From: Shigella virus Moo19
Length of the DNA stretch: 64,000 bases
Sequence record: MZ358387
Strand: one strand, 5' to 3'
The translations under genes and the position numbers were made by a program. Shown here piece after piece: positions 6,788-14,802 of the stretch. Position 1 is the stretch's first letter. Each line of letters opens with the position of its first letter. A model generated the notes under the pieces. It saw nothing but the letters and a program-made list of their open reading frames with translations. It did no database searches and was not told the DNA's origin.

Positions 6788-7167
6788 AAGAAATATTCGT
6801 ATTCGGTTCTAATCTGGCTGGTGTACACGGTGCTGGTGCAGCTAAGACTGCATATAAGAAGCACGGTGCTCGTTGGGGTATGGGCGTAGGCCATTATGGT
6901 TGCAGCTATGCAATTCCAACTAAAGACCAGAACATCAAAACAATGGAGTTGGTTGATATCGCTGTATTTGTATCTGCCTTCATCCTGTATGCAGCAGCAC
7001 ACCCAGAGTGGGACTTCAAAGTAACACGAGTAGGTTGTGGGCTGGCTGGCCTGTCTGATAAAGACATGGCATTCATGTTCTTACCTGCAACAGGTAATGT
7101 CATGTTTGATGAAGCATGGAAACCTTATTTAGGTGATACCTATAACTACTGGGGTACATTCGAATGA
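6784..7167 (+). CDS. Gly-rich Rossmann-like motif protein (FVFGSNLAGVHGAGAAKTA...GCGLAGL); possible nucleotide-binding (SLOG/macro-like?)
   Basis: Motif only; family assignment uncertain. Confidence 0.35.
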   Translation: MKEIFVFGSNLAGVHGAGAAKTAYKKHGARWGMGVGHYGCSYAIPTKDQNIKTMELVDIAVFVSAFILYAAAHPEWDFKVTRVGCGLAGLSDKDMAFMFLPATGNVMFDEAWKPYLGDTYNYWGTFE

Positions 7168-7436
7168 CCTATGAAGAATTATGGGCTGCTCAAGTAAGAA
7201 GTAAGGCGAGAGCCTTTGCTCATGTCTACAGCACATTGCAGCATCTTATTAAAAGCAGAACCAAAGCTGGACATATACATGGTTACTACAAAGAAGATTG
7301 TATTCCCGATGGTGACTACCTATGGGATAAAAGAATCCGTCACGAGAGTGACATTATAAAAGTGAATATTGCTATTCATTCATACCCACCAAGGGGTAAT
7401 CGCTACCTATCTATTCACTTTTATACAAAGCGTTAG
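7164..7436 (+). CDS. Hypothetical protein (90 aa)
   Basis: ORF track. Confidence 0.4.
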   Translation: MTYEELWAAQVRSKARAFAHVYSTLQHLIKSRTKAGHIHGYYKEDCIPDGDYLWDKRIRHESDIIKVNIAIHSYPPRGNRYLSIHFYTKR

Positions 7437-7441
7437 GTAAT

Positions 7442-7460
7442 AGCTGCTCCGCAGCTTTTG
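7442..7460 (+). promoter_or_regulatory. Tri-loop hairpin agctgc-TCC-gcagct followed by TTTT; candidate vRNAP promoter hairpin or short terminator, 30 nt upstream of RNAP II genes
   Basis: Perfect 6-bp stem, TCC loop; same GC-TCC-GC core as 2596 and 3584. Confidence 0.35.
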
Positions 7461-7488
7461 GTCATTAATCATATTTAGGAGATATGCG

Positions 7489-8307
7489 ATGTACTCATCT
7501 ATTGAACATCAGAAGCAACTGGAAACTCTGTTTAACAAGAATCAACTAATTCCTCGTATGAGGAAAGAGTTCGAGGACTCCGAAGAAATCCAATTCACTA
7601 AGTATTTTGAGCATATTGGCATCGACCCCAAACTGGGTATTGATGCAATGGTGCAAATTGCTCTGCATAAACGTGCTGACATTCCTACTATGGTTGGCTC
7701 ACTCATGAGTCACAGTCAGGATGCTCAGTACATAGCAGACACTCTGCTTAAGATGGCAGAGCACGACTGCTTTGACTTCGACCCAAGTATCGATAAGTTC
7801 ATCGTCATCTATGAAATCAGTGATGATGTACAACTGGAACTGGAAGCATTCCAGTATCCACTGCCTATCGTCAGTGAACCGAGAGAGGTTAAAGATAACC
7901 GTGGCTCAGGTTACTGGAATACCAAAGGCAGTATCATCCTCAAGAAGAACCACCATGAAATGGATGTGTGTCTCGACCACATTAACCGTATGAACAATCA
8001 ACGACTCAGCATCAACTGGGACGTTGCCAAGTTCGTCAAAAACTCATGGGCTAACCTGGATAAACCTAAAGAAGGGGAATCCCGTCAGGACTTTCAGAAG
8101 CGTGTACGTGCATTCGAGAAATACGACCGTACAGCAAAAGACGTTATGGAACTGGTGACTAAAGAAGGTAACAACTTCTCACTTGACCATAAGTATGACA
8201 AGCGTGGACGCACCTACTCACAGGGCTACCACATTAACTATCAAGGTACTAGCTGGAATAAAGCTGTTATCGAGTTCGCTGATAAGGAGTTGGTAAACGA
8301 TGAGTAG
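7489..8307 (+). CDS. Phage RNA polymerase II small subunit (N4 gp15-like)
   Basis: 272 aa; lies upstream of a T7-like RNAP C-terminal-half homolog; N4-like organisation; strong RBS aggag. Confidence 0.55.
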   Translation: MYSSIEHQKQLETLFNKNQLIPRMRKEFEDSEEIQFTKYFEHIGIDPKLGIDAMVQIALHKRADIPTMVGSLMSHSQDAQYIADTLLKMAEHDCFDFDPSIDKFIVIYEISDDVQLELEAFQYPLPIVSEPREVKDNRGSGYWNTKGSIILKKNHHEMDVCLDHINRMNNQRLSINWDVAKFVKNSWANLDKPKEGESRQDFQKRVRAFEKYDRTAKDVMELVTKEGNNFSLDHKYDKRGRTYSQGYHINYQGTSWNKAVIEFADKELVNDE

Positions 8308-8587
8308 GAAAGAATTTAAAGCTATTGCTCAAACCAGTGGTGGTATGGGCACATTAGCACTAGGAGAAGACGGTACAGTACTGTACACGGCTTACGACGT
8401 ATTATCTGGCAAAACAGTAACAGTATGTCTGTTCTTTGATGTAAATACTTACATGTCACTGGAGAATGCTTTCTCAGATTTCAGCAATGTTATGCGTAAT
8501 CGTGACCAGAAAGCTGACTTAACTCCGGCTGACAAAGACTTCCAGGCAATCCTCAATGACCTGAAGAAACCAGGCAAACTTCATTAA
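8300..8587 (+). CDS. Hypothetical protein between the two RNAP II subunit genes
   Basis: ORF track. Confidence 0.4.
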   Translation: MSRKEFKAIAQTSGGMGTLALGEDGTVLYTAYDVLSGKTVTVCLFFDVNTYMSLENAFSDFSNVMRNRDQKADLTPADKDFQAILNDLKKPGKLH

Positions 8588-8636
8588 TTAACCCATATGC
8601 GTGTTCCATACAGGAACCAGATGCAGGAGTAATAAA

Positions 8637-9854
8637 ATGCAAACTTTTACCGCTAAACAGTACCTGGCTATCGATATCGCTAACAACTTTGGTCTGGATA
8701 AGAAGACCTGGGATGAGCGTTTGGCCTGGTTCGATGAGAACAAAGACAACCTCATGAACCAGTTAGAAGCAGCAGAGGAACCTGCTCTGTATTATGCAGG
8801 CGTTAAAGCCTATGAAGACATGCTGGCTGGTAAGCCTATTGGTTATACCATTGCACTGGATGCTACTGCATCTGGTCTGCAATTACTGGCATGTCTGACT
8901 GGTGACCGTAAGGCTGCTCAGTTGTGTAACGTAGTGAACTACTATGGTAGCGAAGGCAAGGCTCGTCGTAGCGATGCCTACACCGTTATCTACCGTACCA
9001 TGCTGGAAGCCGTAGGTCAGTCTTCTCGTGTTAAACGTGATGACTGTAAGCAGGCTGTAATGACTGCATTCTATGGCTCAGAAGCTAAGCCTAAAGAAGT
9101 GTTCGGTGAAGGTATTCTGTTGAAGACCTTTGAACACGTAATGGGTATCGAAGCACCTGGCCCGTGGGAACTGAACAAGTTCTATCTGCAATGTGGTAAC
9201 CCGGATGCAACCTCATATTTATGGGTTCTGCCGGATAACTTCCATTGTCAGATTAAGGTAATGGTTGACGAAGTACAGACCATTAACTTTATGAACAAGC
9301 CATATGACATCATTCGCAAAGTACAGGGTACTGAAGAGAAGACTCGTATGCTCTCTGCTAATACCACTCACTCAATTGATGGAATGGTAGTGCGTGAGAT
9401 GCTGCGTCGTTGTAACTATGATGCTGACCTGATTACCTATGTAAAACAGCTTTGCTATGGCGTACAGGAATCAAATGTATTCCTGCCAGAAAACGCTGAA
9501 ATGGTGCATGAGTTATGGAACCACTATGAACGTAGTGGTTTCCTGTCCATGCGTATCTGCGATTATCTGGATGCAGGCTCCATCGCTCTGGTTGACCGTC
9601 AGGTCATCCTTGAGATGCTGGAGACTCTGCCTAAGAAGCCATTCAAAGTACTGACTGTACATGACTGCTTCCGTTGCCATCCTAATTATGGCAATGACCT
9701 GCGTCGTCAATACAATCAGATTCTGTCTGACATTGCTAAATCCAACCTGCTGTCATTCATTCTGTCTCAGGTACTGGGACAAGAGTTCACTGCTGGTAAG
9801 CTGGACAATGACATGTGGAAAGATGTCTTAGACGCTGAGTACGCATTAAGCTAA
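8637..9854 (+). CDS. Phage RNA polymerase II large subunit, T7-like single-subunit RNAP catalytic half (N4 gp16-like)
   Basis: Motifs DATASGLQ (motif A-like), KQAVMTAFYGS (motif B-like), TVHDCF (motif C-like); ATG 8637 with aggag RBS (track ORF starts 8601). Confidence 0.75.
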   Translation: MQTFTAKQYLAIDIANNFGLDKKTWDERLAWFDENKDNLMNQLEAAEEPALYYAGVKAYEDMLAGKPIGYTIALDATASGLQLLACLTGDRKAAQLCNVVNYYGSEGKARRSDAYTVIYRTMLEAVGQSSRVKRDDCKQAVMTAFYGSEAKPKEVFGEGILLKTFEHVMGIEAPGPWELNKFYLQCGNPDATSYLWVLPDNFHCQIKVMVDEVQTINFMNKPYDIIRKVQGTEEKTRMLSANTTHSIDGMVVREMLRRCNYDADLITYVKQLCYGVQESNVFLPENAEMVHELWNHYERSGFLSMRICDYLDAGSIALVDRQVILEMLETLPKKPFKVLTVHDCFRCHPNYGNDLRRQYNQILSDIAKSNLLSFILSQVLGQEFTAGKLDNDMWKDVLDAEYALS

Positions 9855-9857
9855 TAT

Positions 9858-9895
9858 GAGCCTCATACCTTCGGGTATGGGGCTTATTTTTTTCG
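9858..9895 (+). terminator. Rho-independent terminator (catacc-ttcg-ggtatg extended, then ttattttttt)
   Basis: Read directly. Confidence 0.6.
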
Positions 9896-9911
9896 AATTG
9901 AGGACACAACT

Positions 9912-10733
9912 ATGCCTGAGTTAAAAGTTGCTTTTAACAAAGACACCTATGTAGCTACCGTACTGGATGCCAGTGGTAGCGTTCCGAGTGGTTCTGTGAA
10001 CGTAGGTACTTTCTTCCATCCTGATGAGACTTACCCTGATAGTTATGTTATCTATCATGGTGTTCGTGAACTCCTGTATAAGCGTTCTGAAGTTGACCCG
10101 GCACAACCAGGCTTCTGGCCTGAGAACATTACCAACATGCAAGCTGTTACCATCGATAACAAGGCTACTGCACGTCTGGTACTGAATACCTCCCTACCTC
10201 GTGTAGTATCTACCATCGAAGGTGGTAAGGTTACTCTGTCTGTTGTTGCTCTGGGTGGTAAGGCTCCTCTTAAATACAAGTGGGAGTTCCGTGCACCTAA
10301 TGCTTCAACCTGGACTGCTGTATCTGGGCAGACTACTGCTAATCTGGTTCTGGATAATATCGATGCTGATAAAGCAGGTGAGTATAAAGTCACCGTTACC
10401 GATGCTGCCGGAACCAGTGTAGATAGTACTGCTCTGGTAGCTGTGGGTGCTTATCCACCACCAGCACTGACGGGCATTAAGGCTACGCCTACTTCCCTGT
10501 CTCTGTCTGTAGCTACTGACGCTGCTGGTAAAACTGTAGCTCTGTCTGCTATCCCGACTGATGCTGAACTGGGTACATTGTCTATTAAGACTGCTCCAGA
10601 TTCTGCTCGTGCTACTGCTACTATTTCTGGTTCTACTCTGACTGTTAAACCAGTGGCTGCTGGTGCTGCAACTTCTGTTGTAGTAACCAACGGTAAAGTT
10701 GATGTGACTATCACTATCAACGTTGCAGCATAA
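9912..10733 (+). CDS. Ig-like domain protein; probable capsid decoration protein (N4 gp17-like)
   Basis: Ig-like sequence features (GEYKVTVTDAAG; Big_2-like C-terminal repeats); position after RNAP II genes. Confidence 0.5.
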   Translation: MPELKVAFNKDTYVATVLDASGSVPSGSVNVGTFFHPDETYPDSYVIYHGVRELLYKRSEVDPAQPGFWPENITNMQAVTIDNKATARLVLNTSLPRVVSTIEGGKVTLSVVALGGKAPLKYKWEFRAPNASTWTAVSGQTTANLVLDNIDADKAGEYKVTVTDAAGTSVDSTALVAVGAYPPPALTGIKATPTSLSLSVATDAAGKTVALSAIPTDAELGTLSIKTAPDSARATATISGSTLTVKPVAAGAATSVVVTNGKVDVTITINVAA

Positions 10734-10754
10734 GCTGATAGTTTTGTTTGGCTA

Positions 10755-10784
10755 AAGCCCTCCTTGTGAGGGCTTTCTTGTATC
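10755..10784 (+). terminator. Terminator-like hairpin (aaagccctc-cttgt-gagggcttt)
   Basis: Read directly; T tract weak. Confidence 0.5.
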
Positions 10785-10799
10785 TATAGGAGAGTAAAA

Positions 10800-11114
10800 G
10801 TGACTAACAAATTACGTGTATGGCATATCCCGCAAGTGCCAATGAAAGCATTCTTTGTAGAATGCGATAGCATTCAGGAAGCTGTTAAAATTCGTAGTGC
10901 ACTGGCAGATTACGACTTGTTCCAGTATGAGAACAATGTCAAAGGTGATTACTGTAACGCCAGCGGTATTCATATCTGGGATGAAACTCTGTCTGACCAA
11001 GACCTCATCGATATGGAACTAGACGACCGTTGGGTTGACTGGTTCTATGAAGATGAAAATGAATACTTCGATGACCCAGAAGAATATCTGGAATGGCTTG
11101 CTACGCAATCCTGA
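10800..11114 (+). CDS. Small acidic protein (C-terminal half D/E/W/Y-rich); candidate DNA-mimic-type host-interference protein
   Basis: ORF track (GTG start with aggag RBS); composition; bracketed by terminators. Confidence 0.45.
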   Translation: MTNKLRVWHIPQVPMKAFFVECDSIQEAVKIRSALADYDLFQYENNVKGDYCNASGIHIWDETLSDQDLIDMELDDRWVDWFYEDENEYFDDPEEYLEWLATQS

Positions 11115-11161
11115 TTGCTTTTTTGGGTTGAGCAAACCCGTAACATTCCTTTGATATCCTT

Positions 11162-11190
11162 GACCTCCCTAAATGGGAGGTCTTTTTTTG
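11162..11190 (+). terminator. Rho-independent terminator (gacctccc-taaat-gggaggtc + T7)
   Basis: Read directly. Confidence 0.75.
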
Positions 11191-11216
11191 GTTGTTATCT
11201 ACTTTGGAAAATAAAT

Positions 11217-11417
11217 ATGAAATTTTCTGATTTACTCTGGGCAATTCTATTCCTGTTACTTACTGCCTTTATTTATGGGGTAGTACTGCCTAATGCAGTA
11301 TCTGCTTCAGATAGTATAAGTGTAGTAATTGGATTGATTGTTTCTATTATGTGGCCTGTTATAGCAGGTCGTGTTGTTTACCTTATCGTTAAGAAACGGA
11401 AGAAGAAACATGCGTAA
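11217..11417 (+). CDS. Small membrane protein (66 aa, two hydrophobic segments, basic C-terminus)
   Basis: ORF track frame 11115-11417; ATG 11217. Confidence 0.4.
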   Translation: MKFSDLLWAILFLLLTAFIYGVVLPNAVSASDSISVVIGLIVSIMWPVIAGRVVYLIVKKRKKKHA

Positions 11418-12246
11418 ATTTATTATAGGTTGTTTACTGGCAATAGTTGCAATGGCTAGTCTTACTGGTTGTTATCAACGAGTAGAGCCAGGTAATGTAG
11501 GTATTATCGTTAACCGTTTGGGTGACGATAAGGGCGTTGACCAACAAGTAAAAGGCGTAGGCCGTTACTGGATTGGTTGGAATGAAGACCTGTATACGTT
11601 CCCGACATTCAAACAGATGAAAACCTACGACGATAAGTTTTACTTCCAACTGTCGGACGGTACTCAAATTGGCCATCAACTGGCTATCAGCTATAAGGTC
11701 AACCCGACCAAAGTAGCGACCATCTTCCAGACCTACCGTAAAGGTGTCGATGAAATCACTGACCAGGATTTACGTCAGCGTATTGCCGATATCCTGAACC
11801 GTCAGGGTAACCTGATTAACACTGACAAGTTCATTGACGGTGGTAAGTCACGTTTGCTGGATAGTGTAGCTGATGCAGTTAAAAAAGAGATGGAGCCAGT
11901 CGGTATCGACATTATGGCTATCTCCTGGGTAGGTGCACCGGAATACCCGGACAACGTGAAGCGTGCAATTAACGCGAAAGTTGAAGCTACCCAGAAAACC
12001 CTGCAACGTGAGCAAGAAGTGCAACAGCGTATCGCTGAAGCAAATATGGCTCGTGAGCAAGCCAAAGGTGAAGCTGATGCCGTAGTACTGAAAGCAAAAG
12101 CAGAAGCTGATGCTATTAAGCTGCGTGGTGATGCACTTCGTGAAAACCCTGGTGTAATGGAACTGGAAGCAATCAACAAGTGGAATGGTGTATTACCAAC
12201 CACAATGATTCCAGGTGCAGCCACACCATTTGTGCCTGTTAAATAA
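11410..12246 (+). CDS. SPFH/band-7 (prohibitin/HflC-like) lipoprotein
   Basis: Lipobox LTGC after signal peptide; SPFH-like core and C-terminal coiled-coil; ATG 11410 with ggaag RBS. Confidence 0.65.
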   Translation: MRKFIIGCLLAIVAMASLTGCYQRVEPGNVGIIVNRLGDDKGVDQQVKGVGRYWIGWNEDLYTFPTFKQMKTYDDKFYFQLSDGTQIGHQLAISYKVNPTKVATIFQTYRKGVDEITDQDLRQRIADILNRQGNLINTDKFIDGGKSRLLDSVADAVKKEMEPVGIDIMAISWVGAPEYPDNVKRAINAKVEATQKTLQREQEVQQRIAEANMAREQAKGEADAVVLKAKAEADAIKLRGDALRENPGVMELEAINKWNGVLPTTMIPGAATPFVPVK

Positions 12247-12252
12247 CAATAA

Positions 12253-12282
12253 AACCCCCAGACATTGCTGGGGGTTTTTACG
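12253..12282 (+). terminator. Rho-independent terminator (aaccccca-loop-tgggggtt + T tract)
   Basis: Read directly. Confidence 0.7.
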
Positions 12283-12295
12283 TCTGGAAAGTGTA

Positions 12296-12646
12296 ATGGA
12301 AAAGAACCGCAGGAAGACACTCATTGAGCGTCTGCTTGCCCGTATCAAGATAATGGATATGGGCTATACCGTTAATGGTCAGCCAAGCCTATGCCACATC
12401 TGGACTGGTTCCCACTCTGGGAATGGTCGAGGTGGTCAATATGGCAGGATTTCCGTGAATGGAGTTACCTCTGCTACACATATTGTGGCCTATACCCACT
12501 ATCACGGTTACATCCCTTGCAAAATGCAGGTAGACCATCTCTGTAATAACCGTCTGTGCTGTAACCCGGAACATCTCGAACTGGTGACTCACCAAGAGAA
12601 CCAGAGAAGAAGAGCTGCACGCCAAACTAAAGGTAAAAAGAAATGA
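12296..12646 (+). CDS. HNH homing endonuclease (HNH_3 type)
   Basis: Motifs CHIWTGS...GYI...VDHLCNNRLCCNPEHL...HQEN; ATG 12296 downstream of terminator. Confidence 0.7.
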   Translation: MEKNRRKTLIERLLARIKIMDMGYTVNGQPSLCHIWTGSHSGNGRGGQYGRISVNGVTSATHIVAYTHYHGYIPCKMQVDHLCNNRLCCNPEHLELVTHQENQRRRAARQTKGKKK

Positions 12647-12813
12647 TGAACTATTTAGGTGGTATTACTCTTGGTTGGCTTATTACCGCATTAGTTTTTG
12701 TATATCTGCCAGATGAGCATATTGCTAAAGCAAAAGCCATGAAAGAAACTTGCGAACAAAAACTTTCTCGTGAGCAGCAATGTGTAATGCAATTCGTACC
12801 GGAGAAAAAATGA
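12643..12813 (+). CDS. Small membrane protein (56 aa)
   Basis: Hand-translated; hydrophobic N-terminus; overlapping start/stop with neighbours. Confidence 0.3.
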   Translation: MMNYLGGITLGWLITALVFVYLPDEHIAKAKAMKETCEQKLSREQQCVMQFVPEKK

Positions 12814-13007
12814 CCTTAACTCGTACTCAACAGTCTACCCTGCGAATGATTGCAGGTGGTTTAACTCGTGTTGCACCGAATAACAAAACAGCCCTTGCTT
12901 TGAAAAAAGCAGGGCTGATTACATTCAATCCACCTTTCGGGTGGGTATGTACTAAAGCTGGTCTTGAAAAGAACCAGGAACTGATAGGTATGCGTAAGCC
13001 TACCTGA
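12810..13007 (+). CDS. Hypothetical protein (65 aa)
   Basis: ORF track frame 12780-13007; ATG 12810 overlaps upstream stop. Confidence 0.35.
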   Translation: MTLTRTQQSTLRMIAGGLTRVAPNNKTALALKKAGLITFNPPFGWVCTKAGLEKNQELIGMRKPT

Positions 13008-13035
13008 TAATTAATTCCCTAACAGGAGATGCAAA

Positions 13036-13380
13036 ATGAGTGACCGTACTCCCTCAACTGATGCCCTGGAAACTCTCGGCATGATTCACTTCAAACCGGA
13101 ACATCGTGACGCTATTCACTTAGCTGTTGAACCAGTTAAAGCAGGATTGCCACTGTCACCCGGTGAACGCATTGGTATCGTGGATGGCTTTGCTTATCCG
13201 GCTGGTTATAAACTGGTACTGGAAAACAAAGCATTGGTAGTCCCTTACCACGGAATTGTTGACCCATTCCTGCCTAAAGGTGTTATTACACCAGGCAAAT
13301 CCTTCTGGTTCGTAATGGCTCCACGTATGGTTACATCTCTACGTCATGTCTGGTCACACCCGGAGTTCCCTGATGAGTGA
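13036..13380 (+). CDS. Hypothetical protein (114 aa)
   Basis: ORF track; RBS aggag. Confidence 0.45.
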   Translation: MSDRTPSTDALETLGMIHFKPEHRDAIHLAVEPVKAGLPLSPGERIGIVDGFAYPAGYKLVLENKALVVPYHGIVDPFLPKGVITPGKSFWFVMAPRMVTSLRHVWSHPEFPDE

Positions 13381-13732
13381 ACCATTAGATATTAATGATA
13401 CCGGGCTGTGTGAAGCACTGCTCATCATGGGCGACGAAAAAGCCGTAGCCTGGGCATGGATTCGAGGTTATACCAAGAATCTGCTACAACAAATCGAAGA
13501 GTATCTCGGTGACACAGACTATAAATATCAGTCCAATGTCATTGAAGATGAATACGACTTAATGGAACTCGCTGACGGTCACCAAAATGGTAACTGGGGC
13601 GATTACATGATTGTCGGTGGACTCTTTGAAGGTGAAAGAATTGACCCAACTTTTTGGAACAAATATGCCCTCGTCCGTGGTATTCCTCGTGAAGAAATTT
13701 CAGAAAGTAATCTCTTCTCTTGCTCCTGTTAA
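13373..13732 (+). CDS. Hypothetical protein (119 aa)
   Basis: ORF track frame 13346-13732; ATG 13373 overlaps upstream stop. Confidence 0.4.
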   Translation: MSEPLDINDTGLCEALLIMGDEKAVAWAWIRGYTKNLLQQIEEYLGDTDYKYQSNVIEDEYDLMELADGHQNGNWGDYMIVGGLFEGERIDPTFWNKYALVRGIPREEISESNLFSCSC

Positions 13733-13743
13733 GGAATGAAATA

Positions 13744-14799
13744 ATGTCAAACATCGATTCACTTGTCGTGTGTAACTCAAGACAAGCTCGTAAATTTATC
13801 ATCCGTGCATTGCAGGCAGGTAACGTACCGTTCCTGACCTCCTCACCCGGTATGGGTAAATCTGCAATGATTCATAGCATTGCAGAAGAATTTGGCATGA
13901 AGCTGATTGACCATCGTCTGTCTACTTCTGCCCCAGAAGACCTGTCTGGTCTGCCACGTTTCCGTCCAGATGGACGTGCAGAGTTTGCACCGTTTGCAGA
14001 CCTGTTCCCACTGGAGGGTGACGAAGTACCCGAAGGTTATAACGGCTGGCTCCTATTCCTTGATGAGTTCAACTCAGCCAAGAAAGAAGTTGTTGCTGCT
14101 GCATACAAACTGATTCTCGACCGTATGACTGGTCAGAAGAAGCTGCATCCTCAAGTGATGATTGTATGTGCTGGTAACAAACAAACTGACCGTGCAATCG
14201 TTAACCCAATGGGTACTGCAATGCAGTCTCGTGTTGTGCATCTGGAAATGGAAATCAACTTCGACATCTTTGTCGAAGACGTAATGATTCCTCAGAAATG
14301 GGATGAGCGTTTAGTTGCATTCCTCCATGCTAATACGTCGTATCTGCATGACTTCGACCCGGCACACAAGAACAAAACGTTCTGCTGTCCTCGTACCTGG
14401 GACTTCGTTAACGAAGACCTAAAGAACCAGCCTCCTGGTGCTCTGCCTGATGAAGATTCTATCTTCTATGCTGGTCACGTCACTGCTGGTAAGGCAACTG
14501 AGTTCGTTCAGTTTACTCAGGTATATAACCAACTGGTCACTATTGAGCAAGTGGTTAAAGACCCTAAAGAGGCACGTTTACCGAAAGATAACAACCTCTG
14601 CTGGGCAACTGTTACCTATCTGGCTAATAAGACCACGGTAGATAACTTCCCGGATGTAGTTGAGTATATCCAGCGTCTGGATAAGATGACTCACCGCATC
14701 CTGTACTTCCGTACTGTGCATAAAATCGTACCAGATGTTACTGGCCTCCCTGAATGGCGTAAAGCTGGTGCAGAACTGTCTCGCTACCTACACGGATAA
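13744..14799 (+). CDS. MoxR-like AAA+ ATPase
   Basis: Walker A SSPGMGKS, Walker B LLFLDEF; ATG 13744 with aagga RBS. Confidence 0.75.
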   Translation: MSNIDSLVVCNSRQARKFIIRALQAGNVPFLTSSPGMGKSAMIHSIAEEFGMKLIDHRLSTSAPEDLSGLPRFRPDGRAEFAPFADLFPLEGDEVPEGYNGWLLFLDEFNSAKKEVVAAAYKLILDRMTGQKKLHPQVMIVCAGNKQTDRAIVNPMGTAMQSRVVHLEMEINFDIFVEDVMIPQKWDERLVAFLHANTSYLHDFDPAHKNKTFCCPRTWDFVNEDLKNQPPGALPDEDSIFYAGHVTAGKATEFVQFTQVYNQLVTIEQVVKDPKEARLPKDNNLCWATVTYLANKTTVDNFPDVVEYIQRLDKMTHRILYFRTVHKIVPDVTGLPEWRKAGAELSRYLHG

Positions 14800-14802
14800 A
14801 AC

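Noticed and set aside
11802-12320. 172-aa - strand ORF overlapping the SPFH lipoprotein gene and terminator
   Set aside because: Antisense to a gene with clear signal peptide and SPFH features; runs through a terminator hairpin.
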